IMG/VR virus record: IMGVR_UViG_2778261179_000006
Coordinates: 1-64,000 of that record
From: a virus
Taxonomy: Duplodnaviria > Heunggongvirae > Uroviricota > Caudoviricetes
Reading direction: 5' to 3' (one strand)
DNA length: 64,000 nucleotides
Position numbers and translations under genes: made by a program. The notes below the pieces were generated by a model. It ran no database searches. It had not been told where the DNA came from and worked only from the letters and a program-made list of their open reading frames with translations. Shown piece by piece: positions 54,941 through 64,000 of this stretch. The stretch's first letter is position 1. Every line of letters starts with the position of its first letter.

Positions 54941-57195
54941 ATACCCAAAACGTCATGAGCTACACCTCGAGTGTCCCCCTTACAAGACACAGAACGTCTG
55001 GCAAAAAGATGTTCCACTCTGAAGCCACTGTCATGATAAAGCTCTCTGATGTTTGGCGCGCCACTGTTAGTAATGAGAACCTTTGCACCTCGACGATGAG
55101 CATCCGTCAACAGAGACACCAGGCGTTTTTGCTCTTCAAACTTAAAGTCATGACCGGAATAGTTCGTGAATCCCTCTGTATTTGGAAGCGGTTCATACGG
55201 CGGATCGCAAAAGATGACATCTCCTTCTCCGGCAGCTTCAATCACCGCTGCAAAATCACCGCATACAAACTCAGACCGCCCTTCCGCACCGAGGAAGGCT
55301 TCCATCTCCTGTAATGGGAAATACGGAGTTTTATACTTCCCATAACCGACATTGAACTCACCGGCCTGGTTGTAACGCGTCAATCCGTTAAAACAATGTC
55401 GGTTCAGGAACAAAAACGCCGCTGCGCGATGTAAATCATCATAGACTTGTTTGTTAAACGCATTCCGTACTGCCAGGAATCCCTCCTGGGTGTTGTAGTC
55501 CTGGAAGAAACGATGTGCCAGAGTGATAAGTGAATGCGCCTCGCGTTGCAGAGTCTTGTAAAAGTTAATCAGGTCAGCATTCACATCATTTAGCAGATTT
55601 TCCTGGTATCCGGCATTCATGAAGACAGCTCCACCACCGACGAAAGGTTCAATCAGGCGCTTCCCTTCTGGCAAATAGCGAAAGATTTGTTCCAGAACAC
55701 CAAATTTTCCACCAGCCCATTTGAATATGGACCGTTCGAATTCTGCCGCTGGTTTAACTTTTCGCTCTTTTGTTTCACGCCCTTCATTCTGCCGACATGC
55801 AGCCTTGGTTATCCGCTCGCCAATCCAGCGCATTACTGGTATCGCCATACTATTGCCGATCGCTTTGTAACGCGGTCCGTCAGCTGCAAGCATCGCGGCC
55901 TCTTCTTCGCTTAAATCTGGATAGTGATTGCGAAGATATGCCAGTTCATCTGAATTAACTTTTTTACGCTTTTCCGTCGGGATCAACGTATGCCCATCAG
56001 GAAAACCTTGCAGCCTTTCACATTCGACAGGGGTAAGACGGCGGACAGCTACTTCTGCGTTTCTTACTTCATAGCAAACAGCTGTTGGATTTTTAGCCAT
56101 TAGAGATGGTGAAGTATTCTTAGTTGCAGCATGTTGTGTACCGCTCATACGCTCAGGAAAAGCCAATGTAACAAGATGCTCATGGCTTTCTTGCTCACGT
56201 GCCCGCAATGTACCATGCCCTTCTGACCAAAAACCTGCTCCTGTGCTGCTAAAAACGGCAAGGTCAGTGGCATCTTTAAAATCTCTTGCCTTTACTGTCG
56301 ATGCGGTTTCATCGTCAATATATTCCCCAAATGCTGCCATCCTGAAAGCGTTTACGGCTTTCGTCGATTTCATACCGGGTGGCATGTCAGCGTGTAGGCA
56401 TGGATTTAGGCTTTCGCCACTGATTGCAGCGCCATTTGCAATAATGGCGGAAGCGATTTCCTTCTTTTTTCGGCTCGGCGCAATATTCCGGCGCACGCCT
56501 TTGAACTCAAAAAGTACCGTTGCGGGATCGAGGTCTGTTCGAGCACTTGCGACAACAAACACGCGTCGGCGTCGTTGTGCCACTCCGAAGTATTGGGCAT
56601 CAAGGATTCTCCAGGCCACCTTTCGCTGCGGTCCATAAATACAACCACACTGCGGCCACTTTGGAGCATGGCAACCGGTTTTGCCATCCCACCGCCAGAA
56701 CGCGTTACTTTTTCCTGATTCAGGTCGATCACCTGGTTCAAATGGCGCATCTTCTCCAGCCAATCCGGCAAGGAAACATCCGAAGGCGTTATCTGCCGAT
56801 GACAGGACTCCTGGGACATTTTCCCAGACGATAACTGTCGGTTTGAGGAAGGACTCAGACCGTTTGTCGTCAATTGCATTTGCAAGCTCCACATACTTCA
56901 AAGTTAGCGCGCCGCGTTCATCATCAAGCCCACCACGTAAGCCCGCGATACTGAATGCCTGACAAGGCGTACCCCCGACGAGCACATCAGGGGATTCGAT
57001 TTCCCCAGCCAGGACTTTTTTGGCAAGTTTTGTCATGTCGCCAAGGTTGGCGACATGGGGCCAGCGGTGCGCAAGAACGGCAGATGGAAAAGACTCGATT
57101 TCAGCAAACCACACCGGACGCATACCCAACGGTTCCCAGGCAATACTCGCGGCTTCAATTCCACTGCAAACAGATCCATAGCACAGCTCTTTCAC
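54931..57195 (-). CDS. dmt: dual-domain DNA methyltransferase (N-terminal C5-cytosine MTase, C-terminal Dam-like N6-adenine MTase)
   Basis: 754 aa; [12 protein letters not shown] and ENVPG (C5 MTase); [25 protein letters not shown] (Dam-like). Confidence 0.85.
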
Positions 57196-58097
57196 TGCTT
57201 AGCCTCTCCACCAAGGGCATTTACCAGAGCATCAACCAGGCACGAAATTTCACTGGTCAACAGGAAGAAATCTGCGTCCAGTCGCTGCGCAACATCTTCA
57301 CTATCAATATCAGAGTTCTGCTCAAGCAATTCATCCGCAAATTTGACGCTGGTAAGGCTGAAGTTATGGTCCAGTGTAAATTTAATGCGGTTCTGCCAGT
57401 CGAGTGCCAACTTTGTGACGAGCTTGCCAGCTTCCAGGTGTGTGGAAATTTCATCGCTTCCCAAATCCTGCTTTTTCACTCGGGCAATACCGCCATCCTC
57501 AAGCACTGCCTTAAGTTCTGCCGCATCCCCCATTTGAAATCCCTGTGGAGCACTACCATCACGTACCCAGTCGGTTAGCGTTAATTCAATGGGATTTTCA
57601 ACACTTAGGGGAACAACAGGAAGAGAACCCAGAGATTTACGCATAAGCGCGAGCATATCCTCTGCCTGCCGCGAGCTGGCATTGATATAGATACGTTTAG
57701 TTGAACCGTCGTAGATCGCCTGGATAACAGAAAACTTTGAAAAAGCCCGTGGCAGAAGAGAATGCAGAACTTCGTCTTTCAGGGAGTCCTTCTCTGTTTT
57801 CTTCAGTTTACGCGCTTGTTCTTGCTCAAGTTTTTCAATTTTTTCTTGAATAGCTCGCTGGATAACCGGCGGGGGAAGAATTTTTGTTTCGCGCTTTGCT
57901 TCAACAAGGATAAAACCATTTCCATGCATAGCGATAACTTCGGAATTATCACCAAATGGAGATACAAAACCGAACTTGGCCATATCCTGACTACCGCATG
58001 GCGTGAAAAGGATCATTTTCTTTTTATCTTCTAAGTCGGTCAGATCCGCCTCACGAGAAAGTTTATAAATAGTAATGTTTTTCCAGTGCTTAAACAT
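57192..58097 (-). CDS. hrdC: RdgC-like recombination-associated protein
   Basis: Internal ATG at 58097 gives [16 protein letters not shown]..., RdgC-like N-terminus; ORF track start at 58211 is upstream. Confidence 0.65.
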   Translation of the reverse strand: MFKHWKNITIYKLSREADLTDLEDKKKMILFTPCGSQDMAKFGFVSPFGDNSEVIAMHGNGFILVEAKRETKILPPPVIQRAIQEKIEKLEQEQARKLKKTEKDSLKDEVLHSLLPRAFSKFSVIQAIYDGSTKRIYINASSRQAEDMLALMRKSLGSLPVVPLSVENPIELTLTDWVRDGSAPQGFQMGDAAELKAVLEDGGIARVKKQDLGSDEISTHLEAGKLVTKLALDWQNRIKFTLDHNFSLTSVKFADELLEQNSDIDSEDVAQRLDADFFLLTSEISCLVDALVNALGGEAKQ

Positions 58098-58446
58098 GTT
58101 GTAACCCTTGAATATCAACCACAGAAAGCTCGTCTTTGTAGAAAAAGGCCAGGTTGTGGCACCCCCTCGTTTGAGCGTATGAGCTGGGACCAATTTCGTT
58201 CTTCCAGACAAATGGCTTCAAATCCGTACGGCGAAGCATAAAAACGCGATTTGTTCCGCTCTGATTCCCAATGAGGCAAAAGCCTTCTTTCACCTTGATA
58301 GCCTGCAAGTTGTCGAGTTCACCGCTGGTTACACGGCTATCGAACTCCTTGCGGCTTATTAGCTCCATCTGCATCTGACGACTCCAAACAAATGCCCATT
58401 GAAGGGCGATGGCTGAATGGTACCGAAAACACGACATAAAAAACAA
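58090..58446 (-). CDS. hypothetical protein upstream of hrdC
   Basis: 118-aa ORF with a C1 operator-like site at its 5' end; true start probably internal. Confidence 0.35.
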   Translation of the reverse strand: MFFMSCFRYHSAIALQWAFVWSRQMQMELISRKEFDSRVTSGELDNLQAIKVKEGFCLIGNQSGTNRVFMLRRTDLKPFVWKNEIGPSSYAQTRGCHNLAFFYKDELSVVDIQGLQHV

Positions 58447-58461
58447 TATTTATTAGAGCAA
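58445..58461 (-). promoter_or_regulatory. C1 operator-like site
   Basis: ATATTTATTAGAGCAAT. Confidence 0.6.
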
Positions 58462-58543
58462 TTTTGCAATAGTTGAACTCCGTGTAGACCACAAACAACC
58501 TGAGTTAAAATAACGAAAATCAGGGCAAATAATTGGTGATGAC

Positions 58544-58828
58544 GTGGCAAGTATTGCAACAAAAGACAGCATTTGTTCGGGGCACGGAGGATTCCCATCC
58601 AGGCCTCCTGTAGAGAGTGAACCACTACTTAAAGTCAACGGAGTCGAAGTGTTAGTTGATGGTAAGCAATATGCACAGCATACCGATGGAAACAGTACGC
58701 ACGGTGGGCAAGCTATATCAACCAGGGCATGGTTTACCGTCAATGGTAAAGGGATCGTATGCGTTGGTGACCCTGTTTCATGCGGATCTACCGTAGCGTC
58801 CGGAGACGGCCTGGTTCAGGTAAGTTAG
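58544..58828 (+). CDS. PAAR-like domain protein
   Basis: 94 aa; repeated GD/HGG motifs (GHGGFP, THGGQ, VCVGDPVSCGSTVASGDG). Confidence 0.4.
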   Translation: MASIATKDSICSGHGGFPSRPPVESEPLLKVNGVEVLVDGKQYAQHTDGNSTHGGQAISTRAWFTVNGKGIVCVGDPVSCGSTVASGDGLVQVS

Positions 58829-58836
58829 GAGATATC

Positions 58837-59625
58837 ATGCTGGAAAAAGACTACCAGTTATCCGCATATAAAAAATTGGCCGCCGCCGGTGGGATGAAAA
58901 CACCTGGTGCCATAACATCGGCACGAAACAGTGCTAACACAGCAAAACTGCTTGCAGAAGAATTGACCGGATTAATTCTGGATACAATTGTCTATCCCGA
59001 CACTATTACCAGCTATGTTTCAACGATCAGAACAACCGCAACCGGTTTAACGAATATTGGAGGGCTGGCAACTCAGCACGCGGACCTGTTGGCTGGTTAT
59101 GCTGATCTGTCAATGCTCCTTCAACTCGATATTGGTTGGGATGTTTACTGTCGTGCTAATGAGCGAGAAGTTTCAGAACTGCCGATCTCTATTGCCATTG
59201 GTGATGTGACTATTACTAAATCGCTTGAGGACGCTGTAAACGCGCTTAATACATCAAGTTTAGTCGCTGCTATGGGGGAGATTAACCAGACCCTTAACAC
59301 TGGCTCAGGAAGCTCGTCAGGCTCTGGTTCAGGCGGCGGCACTGCCACTCCCCCACCAGCACTAACAGAAGAGCAAATTGAATCTCTGAAAGTAGCAACT
59401 GAACAGTTTGGGGTTGTTTTCAACCAGACAACAGCACCCACAACTGCGTTACAACAGCAGTATGAACGAGCGAATGAAAGCGCCAACGTAGCCATAACTG
59501 CTTATAACCATGCTATCGGTACCGCGCTTGCGGAAGCATCAGCAAATAAGGCCAGCACAGCCAGCGCAATCGCCGCTTTGGTTCCTGATTCTGTTCTTGA
59601 TGAATTAAACAAAGCGGCACAGTAA
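58837..59625 (+). CDS. hypothetical protein with Gly/Ser-rich linker
   Basis: ATG at 58837 with AGGAG SD (ORF track start 58780 is upstream); GSGSSSGSGSGGG linker. Confidence 0.4.
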   Translation: MLEKDYQLSAYKKLAAAGGMKTPGAITSARNSANTAKLLAEELTGLILDTIVYPDTITSYVSTIRTTATGLTNIGGLATQHADLLAGYADLSMLLQLDIGWDVYCRANEREVSELPISIAIGDVTITKSLEDAVNALNTSSLVAAMGEINQTLNTGSGSSSGSGSGGGTATPPPALTEEQIESLKVATEQFGVVFNQTTAPTTALQQQYERANESANVAITAYNHAIGTALAEASANKASTASAIAALVPDSVLDELNKAAQ

Positions 59626-59664
59626 CAAAGGACTTCATTGATAATTTTTCTTCAGGAGGAAGAC

Positions 59665-60087
59665 ATGTCATTCTTTTCTACATTAAAAACAGCTTTGTCT
59701 TTGAAGGAGAAACTTGCTGCTACTGGTGTTCTTGTTCTGATTTGCGCACTTGTTGGTGCTGGGTTTGCGTGGGAACGTCATCAGCTAAAGCAAGCCATGG
59801 AGAAAATTGGCAGTCTTGATCAGGCTGTTAAGGAACGTGATAAGTCAATAATGGATCTTAACCAGGCCATTGAGACGATGAACAAAGCAGAGCAACATTT
59901 TCACAGCCAGGAAGTGAAAAATGAATCAGAACAAGCCAAGTATGCTGACAGGCAAATGGAACGAAAAGCTGAAGTTCAGAAACAACTGGTTGCGGCGGGT
60001 AATGTTCGCCAGCGTATTCCTGCTGACACTCAGCGGTTGCTCCGGGAGTCGATCAGCGAATTTAACGCCGACGCCGACAAAGGTTAA
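59665..60087 (+). CDS. membrane-anchored coiled-coil protein (i-spanin-like architecture)
   Basis: ATG at 59665 with AGGAGGA SD; N-terminal TM helix then coiled coil. Confidence 0.4.
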   Translation: MSFFSTLKTALSLKEKLAATGVLVLICALVGAGFAWERHQLKQAMEKIGSLDQAVKERDKSIMDLNQAIETMNKAEQHFHSQEVKNESEQAKYADRQMERKAEVQKQLVAAGNVRQRIPADTQRLLRESISEFNADADKG

Positions 60088-60253
60088 CCACCCTGCCCCC
60101 AAAAGTGCATTTATGTGCAGGATGCCAGAATTTAGCAGTGAATATTTTGATGATCTGCCAGCCTATATCCTTGATACAGAAACGATGCTGAAGGGGATTA
60201 ACAGGAAGAATCGCAACGTTAATGATTACAACCGCGCTATCAGCGGTAACTAA
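60002..60253 (+). CDS. small lipoprotein encoded in alternate frame overlapping the 3' end of the upstream gene (o-spanin-like / mlp-like)
   Basis: Internal ATG at 60002 gives MFASVFLLTLSGCSG lipobox; Pro-rich mature region. Confidence 0.4.
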   Translation: MFASVFLLTLSGCSGSRSANLTPTPTKVNHPAPKSAFMCRMPEFSSEYFDDLPAYILDTETMLKGINRKNRNVNDYNRAISGN

Positions 60254-60264
60254 AAGGGATTTTT

Positions 60265-60657
60265 ATGTCTGATAAAGTAACAGTAAAGCAAACTATCAAC
60301 AAAGCGACTTCAATCTACAAAATTGAGCACATCACTGTTGGCAAGCCAGGATCTGAACAATACCGTCATGCTTTCGAGCTTGCCGATCAGCTTGGTTTAA
60401 AACACCCGGATTGCATCGAGCATGTATTTCCGACCTATGCTGATGAGCAATGTACTCATGTTCTTACCGAAGAGGATTTTTTCAGCACTGAAGAACGAGA
60501 AGGCGTTGATCGCTGCATTGGTGTGATTTGTTCTTCGGTAAGTGATGAGTTATTCCCTAATGTGCCTGAATATGGTGGTATTGGATACCAATTCCTGTAC
60601 GAGGGCGATGAGCTTAAATGCTATGAACATGGTCTTCTCATCGAAAGCGTAGAATAA
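60265..60657 (+). CDS. hypothetical acidic protein
   Basis: 130-aa ORF followed by an intrinsic terminator. Confidence 0.45.
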   Translation: MSDKVTVKQTINKATSIYKIEHITVGKPGSEQYRHAFELADQLGLKHPDCIEHVFPTYADEQCTHVLTEEDFFSTEEREGVDRCIGVICSSVSDELFPNVPEYGGIGYQFLYEGDELKCYEHGLLIESVE

Positions 60658-60673
60658 TACGACTGCCTTCCAA

Positions 60674-60696
60674 CCGGCTACGTTGGCCGGTTTTTC
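60674..60696 (+). terminator. rho-independent terminator
   Basis: CCGGC-TACGTT-GGCCGG followed by TTTTT. Confidence 0.65.
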
Positions 60697-60698
60697 AC

Positions 60699-60716
60699 TT
60701 ATCCACATTATCCACT
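60699..60716 (+). promoter_or_regulatory. tandem DnaA boxes of plasmid origin oriR
   Basis: TTATCCACA TTATCCACT. Confidence 0.75.
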
Positions 60717-60780
60717 GGATAGATCCAATAATCAGGTCCATACAGATCCCAATTAGATCCATATAGATCCCTGATCGTTG
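60717..60780. repeat. GATC-containing heptamer repeats of oriR (Dam methylation sites)
   Basis: AGATCCA, AGATCCC, AGATCCA, AGATCCC, TGATCG within 60 bp. Confidence 0.7.
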
Positions 60781-60825
60781 CAGGCCGCGCCACGTCTGGC
60801 TTAGAAGTGTATCGCGATGTGTGCT

Positions 60826-60920
60826 GGAGGGAAAACGATGTGTGCTGGAGGGATAAAAATGTGTGCTGACGGGTTGCTAATGTGTGCTGGCGGGATATAG
60901 GATGTGTGCTGACGGGAAAG
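60826..60920 (+). repeat. incC: incC iterons, five direct 19-bp RepA-binding repeats
   Basis: Five copies of GATGTGTGCTGGAGGGAAA-like units. Confidence 0.85.
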
Positions 60921-60975
60921 CCTGGGTAGTTATCACCACTTATAAAAACTATCCACACAATTCGGAAAAAGTAAT

Positions 60976-61836
60976 ATGAATCAATCATTTATCTCCGATA
61001 TTCTTTACGCAGACATTGAAAGTAAGGCAAAAGAACTAACAGTTAATTCAAACAACACTGTCCAGCCTGTAGCGTTGATGCGCTTGGGGGTATTCGTTCC
61101 GAAGCCATCAAAGAGCAAAGGAGAAAGTAAAGAGATTGATGCCACCAAAGCGTTTTCCCAGCTGGAGATAGCTAAAGCCGAGGGTTACGATGATATTAAA
61201 ATCACCGGTCCTCGACTCGATATGGATACTGATTTCAAAACGTGGATCGGTGTCATCTACGCGTTCAGCAAATACGGCTTGTCCTCAAACACCATCCAGT
61301 TATCGTTTCAGGAATTCGCTAAAGCCTGTGGTTTCCCCTCAAAACGTCTGGATGCGAAACTGCGTTTAACCATTCATGAATCACTTGGACGCTTACGTAA
61401 CAAGGGTATCGCTTTTAAGCGCGGAAAAGATGCTAAAGGCGGCTATCAGACTGGTCTGCTAAAGGTCGGTCGTTTTGATGCTGACCTTGATCTGATAGAG
61501 CTGGAGGCTGATTCGAAGCTGTGGGAGCTGTTCCAGCTTGATTATCGCGTTCTGTTGCAACACCACGCCTTGCGTGCCCTTCCGAAGAAAGAAGCTGCAC
61601 AAGCCATTTACACTTTCATCGAAAGCCTTCCGCAGAATCCGTTGCCGCTATCTTTCGCCCGAATCCGTGAGCGCCTGGCTTTGCAGTCAGCTGTTGGCGA
61701 GCAAAACCGTATCATTAAGAAAGCGATAGAACAGCTTAAAACAATCGGCTATCTCGACTGTTCAATTGAGAAGAAAGGCCGGGAAAGTTTTGTAATCGTC
61801 CATTCTCGCAATCCAAAGCTGAAACTCCCAGAATAA
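60976..61836 (+). CDS. repA: RepA replication initiator
   Basis: 286-aa ORF flanked upstream by DnaA boxes and iterons and downstream by incA iterons. Confidence 0.85.
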   Translation: MNQSFISDILYADIESKAKELTVNSNNTVQPVALMRLGVFVPKPSKSKGESKEIDATKAFSQLEIAKAEGYDDIKITGPRLDMDTDFKTWIGVIYAFSKYGLSSNTIQLSFQEFAKACGFPSKRLDAKLRLTIHESLGRLRNKGIAFKRGKDAKGGYQTGLLKVGRFDADLDLIELEADSKLWELFQLDYRVLLQHHALRALPKKEAAQAIYTFIESLPQNPLPLSFARIRERLALQSAVGEQNRIIKKAIEQLKTIGYLDCSIEKKGRESFVIVHSRNPKLKLPE

Positions 61837-61837
61837 G

Positions 61838-62121
61838 TGTGTGCTGGAGGGAAGCTGCATTAAAAAAATGTGTGCTGCCGGGAAGGCTTGTCCAATTTCC
61901 TGTTTTTGATGTGCGCTGGAGGGGGACGCCCCGCAGTTTGCCCAGACTTTCCCTCCAGCACACATCTGTCCATCCGTTTTTCCCTCCAGTGCACATGTAA
62001 TTCTCTGCCTTTCCCTCCAGCACACATATTTGATACCAGCGATCCCTCCACAGCACATAATTTAATGCGACTTCCCTCTATCGCACATTCTGGTCCTGCA
62101 TCATCCCTCCAGCACACATCT
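61838..62121. repeat. incA: incA copy-control iterons (nine, in both orientations)
   Basis: Three forward units (TGTGCTGGAGGGAA-like) and six inverted (TCCCTCCAGCACACAT-like). Confidence 0.85.
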
Positions 62122-62229
62122 AATAGCCACATCGCCATTTCTTTACGTGCAATAATTGACGCACGAATCAAAAAAAGTTGCACGTAGCAGAATCAAACGT
62201 ACAATTCACTCATACGAAATGATAAGGAG

Positions 62230-63441
62230 ATGATGATGAAACGCGATTACGGCGGTGTCGGCACCATAGCTCTTCGTGCAAGCGCATTACTTAAGGCCAT
62301 GAGTCAGGATATTGAAGATCAGCGCAAAGAGTTCAATCAGACCGAGTATTATCAGACGTTCACTCGTAACGCTGTGGCAAAGTTGCCGAAGCTGAGCCGC
62401 CGTATTGTGGAGCAGGCCATCAAAGAGATGGAAGATGATGGGTACCAGTTCAACAAGAAACAGGTCGGTAACGTTGAACAGTACGCGCTGACCATCCAGA
62501 ACGTCATTGATATCTATGCCCACCGTAAGATCCCCAAATATCGCGACATTCACAAATCGCCTTACGTTATTTTTGTCGTAAACCTGAAGGGTGGCGTATC
62601 CAAAACGGTTTCCACAGTCACGTTGGCGCACGCTCTGCGTGTGCATCAGGATTTACTGCGTCACGATCTACGCATTCTGGTAATTGACCTTGACCCTCAG
62701 GCATCCAGCACAATGTTCCTCGACCATACTCACAGTATTGGTTCCATCCTGGAAACCGCCGCGCAGGCGATGCTGAACGACCTGGACGCGGAGACGCTAC
62801 GCAAAGAGGTGATTCGTCCGACCATCGTTCCTGGCGTAGACGTGATTCCAGCCTCTATCGACGATGGCTTTGTTGCCAGCCAATGGAAAGAGCTGGTTGA
62901 AGAGCATCTTCCCGGACAAAATCAGTACGAAATCCTTCGACGCAATATCATTGATCGTGTTGCGGATGATTATGACTTTATCTTTATTGATACCGGTCCA
63001 CACCTGGATCCGTTCCTGCTCAACGGTCTGGCGGCCAGCGATTTGCTGCTTACCCCTACCCCACCAGCCCAGGTTGACTTCCACTCAACACTGAAATATC
63101 TCACCCGTCTGCCAGAAATGCTGGAGCAACTGGAGGAGGAAGGCGTAGAACCGCGTTTGAGCGCCAGCATTGGTTTTATGTCGAAGATGACCGGCAAGCG
63201 CGATCACGAGACATCACACAGCCTTGCGCGTGAGGTTTACGCCAGCAACATTCTGGACTCTTCTCTGCCTCGTCTGGATGGCTTTGAGCGATGCGGCGAG
63301 TCTTTCGACACCGTAATCAGTGCCAACCCGCAATCGTATCCAGGCAGTGCAGAGGCGCTGAAGAAGGCACGAACCGAGGCCGAGCGTTTCACTAAGGCTG
63401 TGTTTGATCGAATTGAGTTTGTTAGGGGTGAGGCGGCATGA
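62230..63441 (+). CDS. parA: ParA partition ATPase
   Basis: 403-aa ORF; deviant Walker A NLKGGVSKT; extended N-terminal regulatory region. Confidence 0.9.
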   Translation: MMMKRDYGGVGTIALRASALLKAMSQDIEDQRKEFNQTEYYQTFTRNAVAKLPKLSRRIVEQAIKEMEDDGYQFNKKQVGNVEQYALTIQNVIDIYAHRKIPKYRDIHKSPYVIFVVNLKGGVSKTVSTVTLAHALRVHQDLLRHDLRILVIDLDPQASSTMFLDHTHSIGSILETAAQAMLNDLDAETLRKEVIRPTIVPGVDVIPASIDDGFVASQWKELVEEHLPGQNQYEILRRNIIDRVADDYDFIFIDTGPHLDPFLLNGLAASDLLLTPTPPAQVDFHSTLKYLTRLPEMLEQLEEEGVEPRLSASIGFMSKMTGKRDHETSHSLAREVYASNILDSSLPRLDGFERCGESFDTVISANPQSYPGSAEALKKARTEAERFTKAVFDRIEFVRGEAA

Positions 63442-64000
63442 AAAAAATAGTTTCCCGTGGACGAGTGCTGGGCAAGAATAGCTCCGAGTTTGCTCGCATG
63501 CTTGAAGGCAGTGAAGGCACCAAAACCTTTACCCTAAAATCTGGCCGCCAGGCTAAATTCTTGCTTACCGTCGTGCTGAGTGGTGAGATTGAGTCGCGCA
63601 CGTTCGTTGACCCGGCAGTTAACGGCCGCGATCAGTCTCTGCTCACCCCTGAGTCGGTAAGCGATATTTCCCGCACCATTAAATTGCAACAGTTCTTCCC
63701 GGCTATCGGTCGTATGGTTGGGGAGCGCATTGAGGTATTGGACGGATCGCGTCGCCGCGCTGCGTGTATCTTCAATGAAACGAAATTTGAGATTCTGGTG
63801 ACGAAAGATGAGATCAGCCTGGCGGATGCCCGCCAGCTGGCCATTGATATCCAGACAGCCCGCGAACACACTCTGCGCGAGCTGGGTAAACGCTTCGAGG
63901 TTATGTACGGTAAGAATATGACCAAAGAAGAGATCGCCCGAGCTGAGAACATCTCAAAGGCAAAAGTGACGCGAGCTTTCCAGGCTGCCGCGGTGCCGGA
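63438..64000 (+). CDS. parB: ParB partition protein, N-terminal part (continues beyond window)
   Basis: ATG overlaps parA stop (ATGA); frame open to the window end, translating MKKIVSRGRVLGKNSSEFARMLEG...; ParB-like. Confidence 0.8.
   Translation, partial: MKKIVSRGRVLGKNSSEFARMLEGSEGTKTFTLKSGRQAKFLLTVVLSGEIESRTFVDPAVNGRDQSLLTPESVSDISRTIKLQQFFPAIGRMVGERIEVLDGSRRRAACIFNETKFEILVTKDEISLADARQLAIDIQTAREHTLRELGKRFEVMYGKNMTKEEIARAENISKAKVTRAFQAAAVP

Noticed and set aside
60826-62121. Clusters of short direct and inverted repeats that could superficially resemble a CRISPR array
   Set aside because: The units are 19-bp iterons (GATGTGTGCTGGAGGGAAA-like) flanking repA, with DnaA boxes and GATC repeats upstream; there are no regular spacers and no cas genes. 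This is a replicon incC/incA iteron set.

Overview
The window reads as a P1-like temperate phage-plasmid backbone on the reverse of the usual P1 map orientation. Anchors seen directly in the sequence: a perfect 34-bp loxP (22753-22786) next to cre; the coi-c1 immunity pair with multiple 17-bp C1-operator-like sites; pacA/pacB with GATC-hexamer pac repeats inside pacA; phd-doc addiction module; humD with a LexA box; ban helicase preceded by three tRNAs; dmt dual methyltransferase; the oriR/incC-repA-incA iteron replicon; parA and the start of parB; ssb, SAR-type lyz, pro/prt and the giant darB. Names are assigned from motifs plus remembered P1 synteny, with no database search. Two accessory insertions stand out. 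(1) At 17.6-19.3 kb, in the slot where P1 carries the res-mod type III restriction genes, there is a compact, strongly AT-rich, translationally coupled two-gene operon: an unknown 346-aa protein plus a 169-aa protein with a nucleoside 2-deoxyribosyltransferase-like motif. It has its own promoter and no C1 operator, and is the best candidate for an undescribed defence or nucleotide-targeting module. (2) At 1-5.7 kb, next to ssb, there are three consecutive tyrosine-recombinase genes plus a small gene (GInt / recombinase-trio-like element), whose cargo starts at the window edge and continues outside it. Other points worth a second look: a 640-bp gene-poor stretch with a 45-codon hydrophobic peptide, a tRNA-like remnant with long inverted repeats near the tRNA cluster, and a paralogous gene family with an apparent frameshift.
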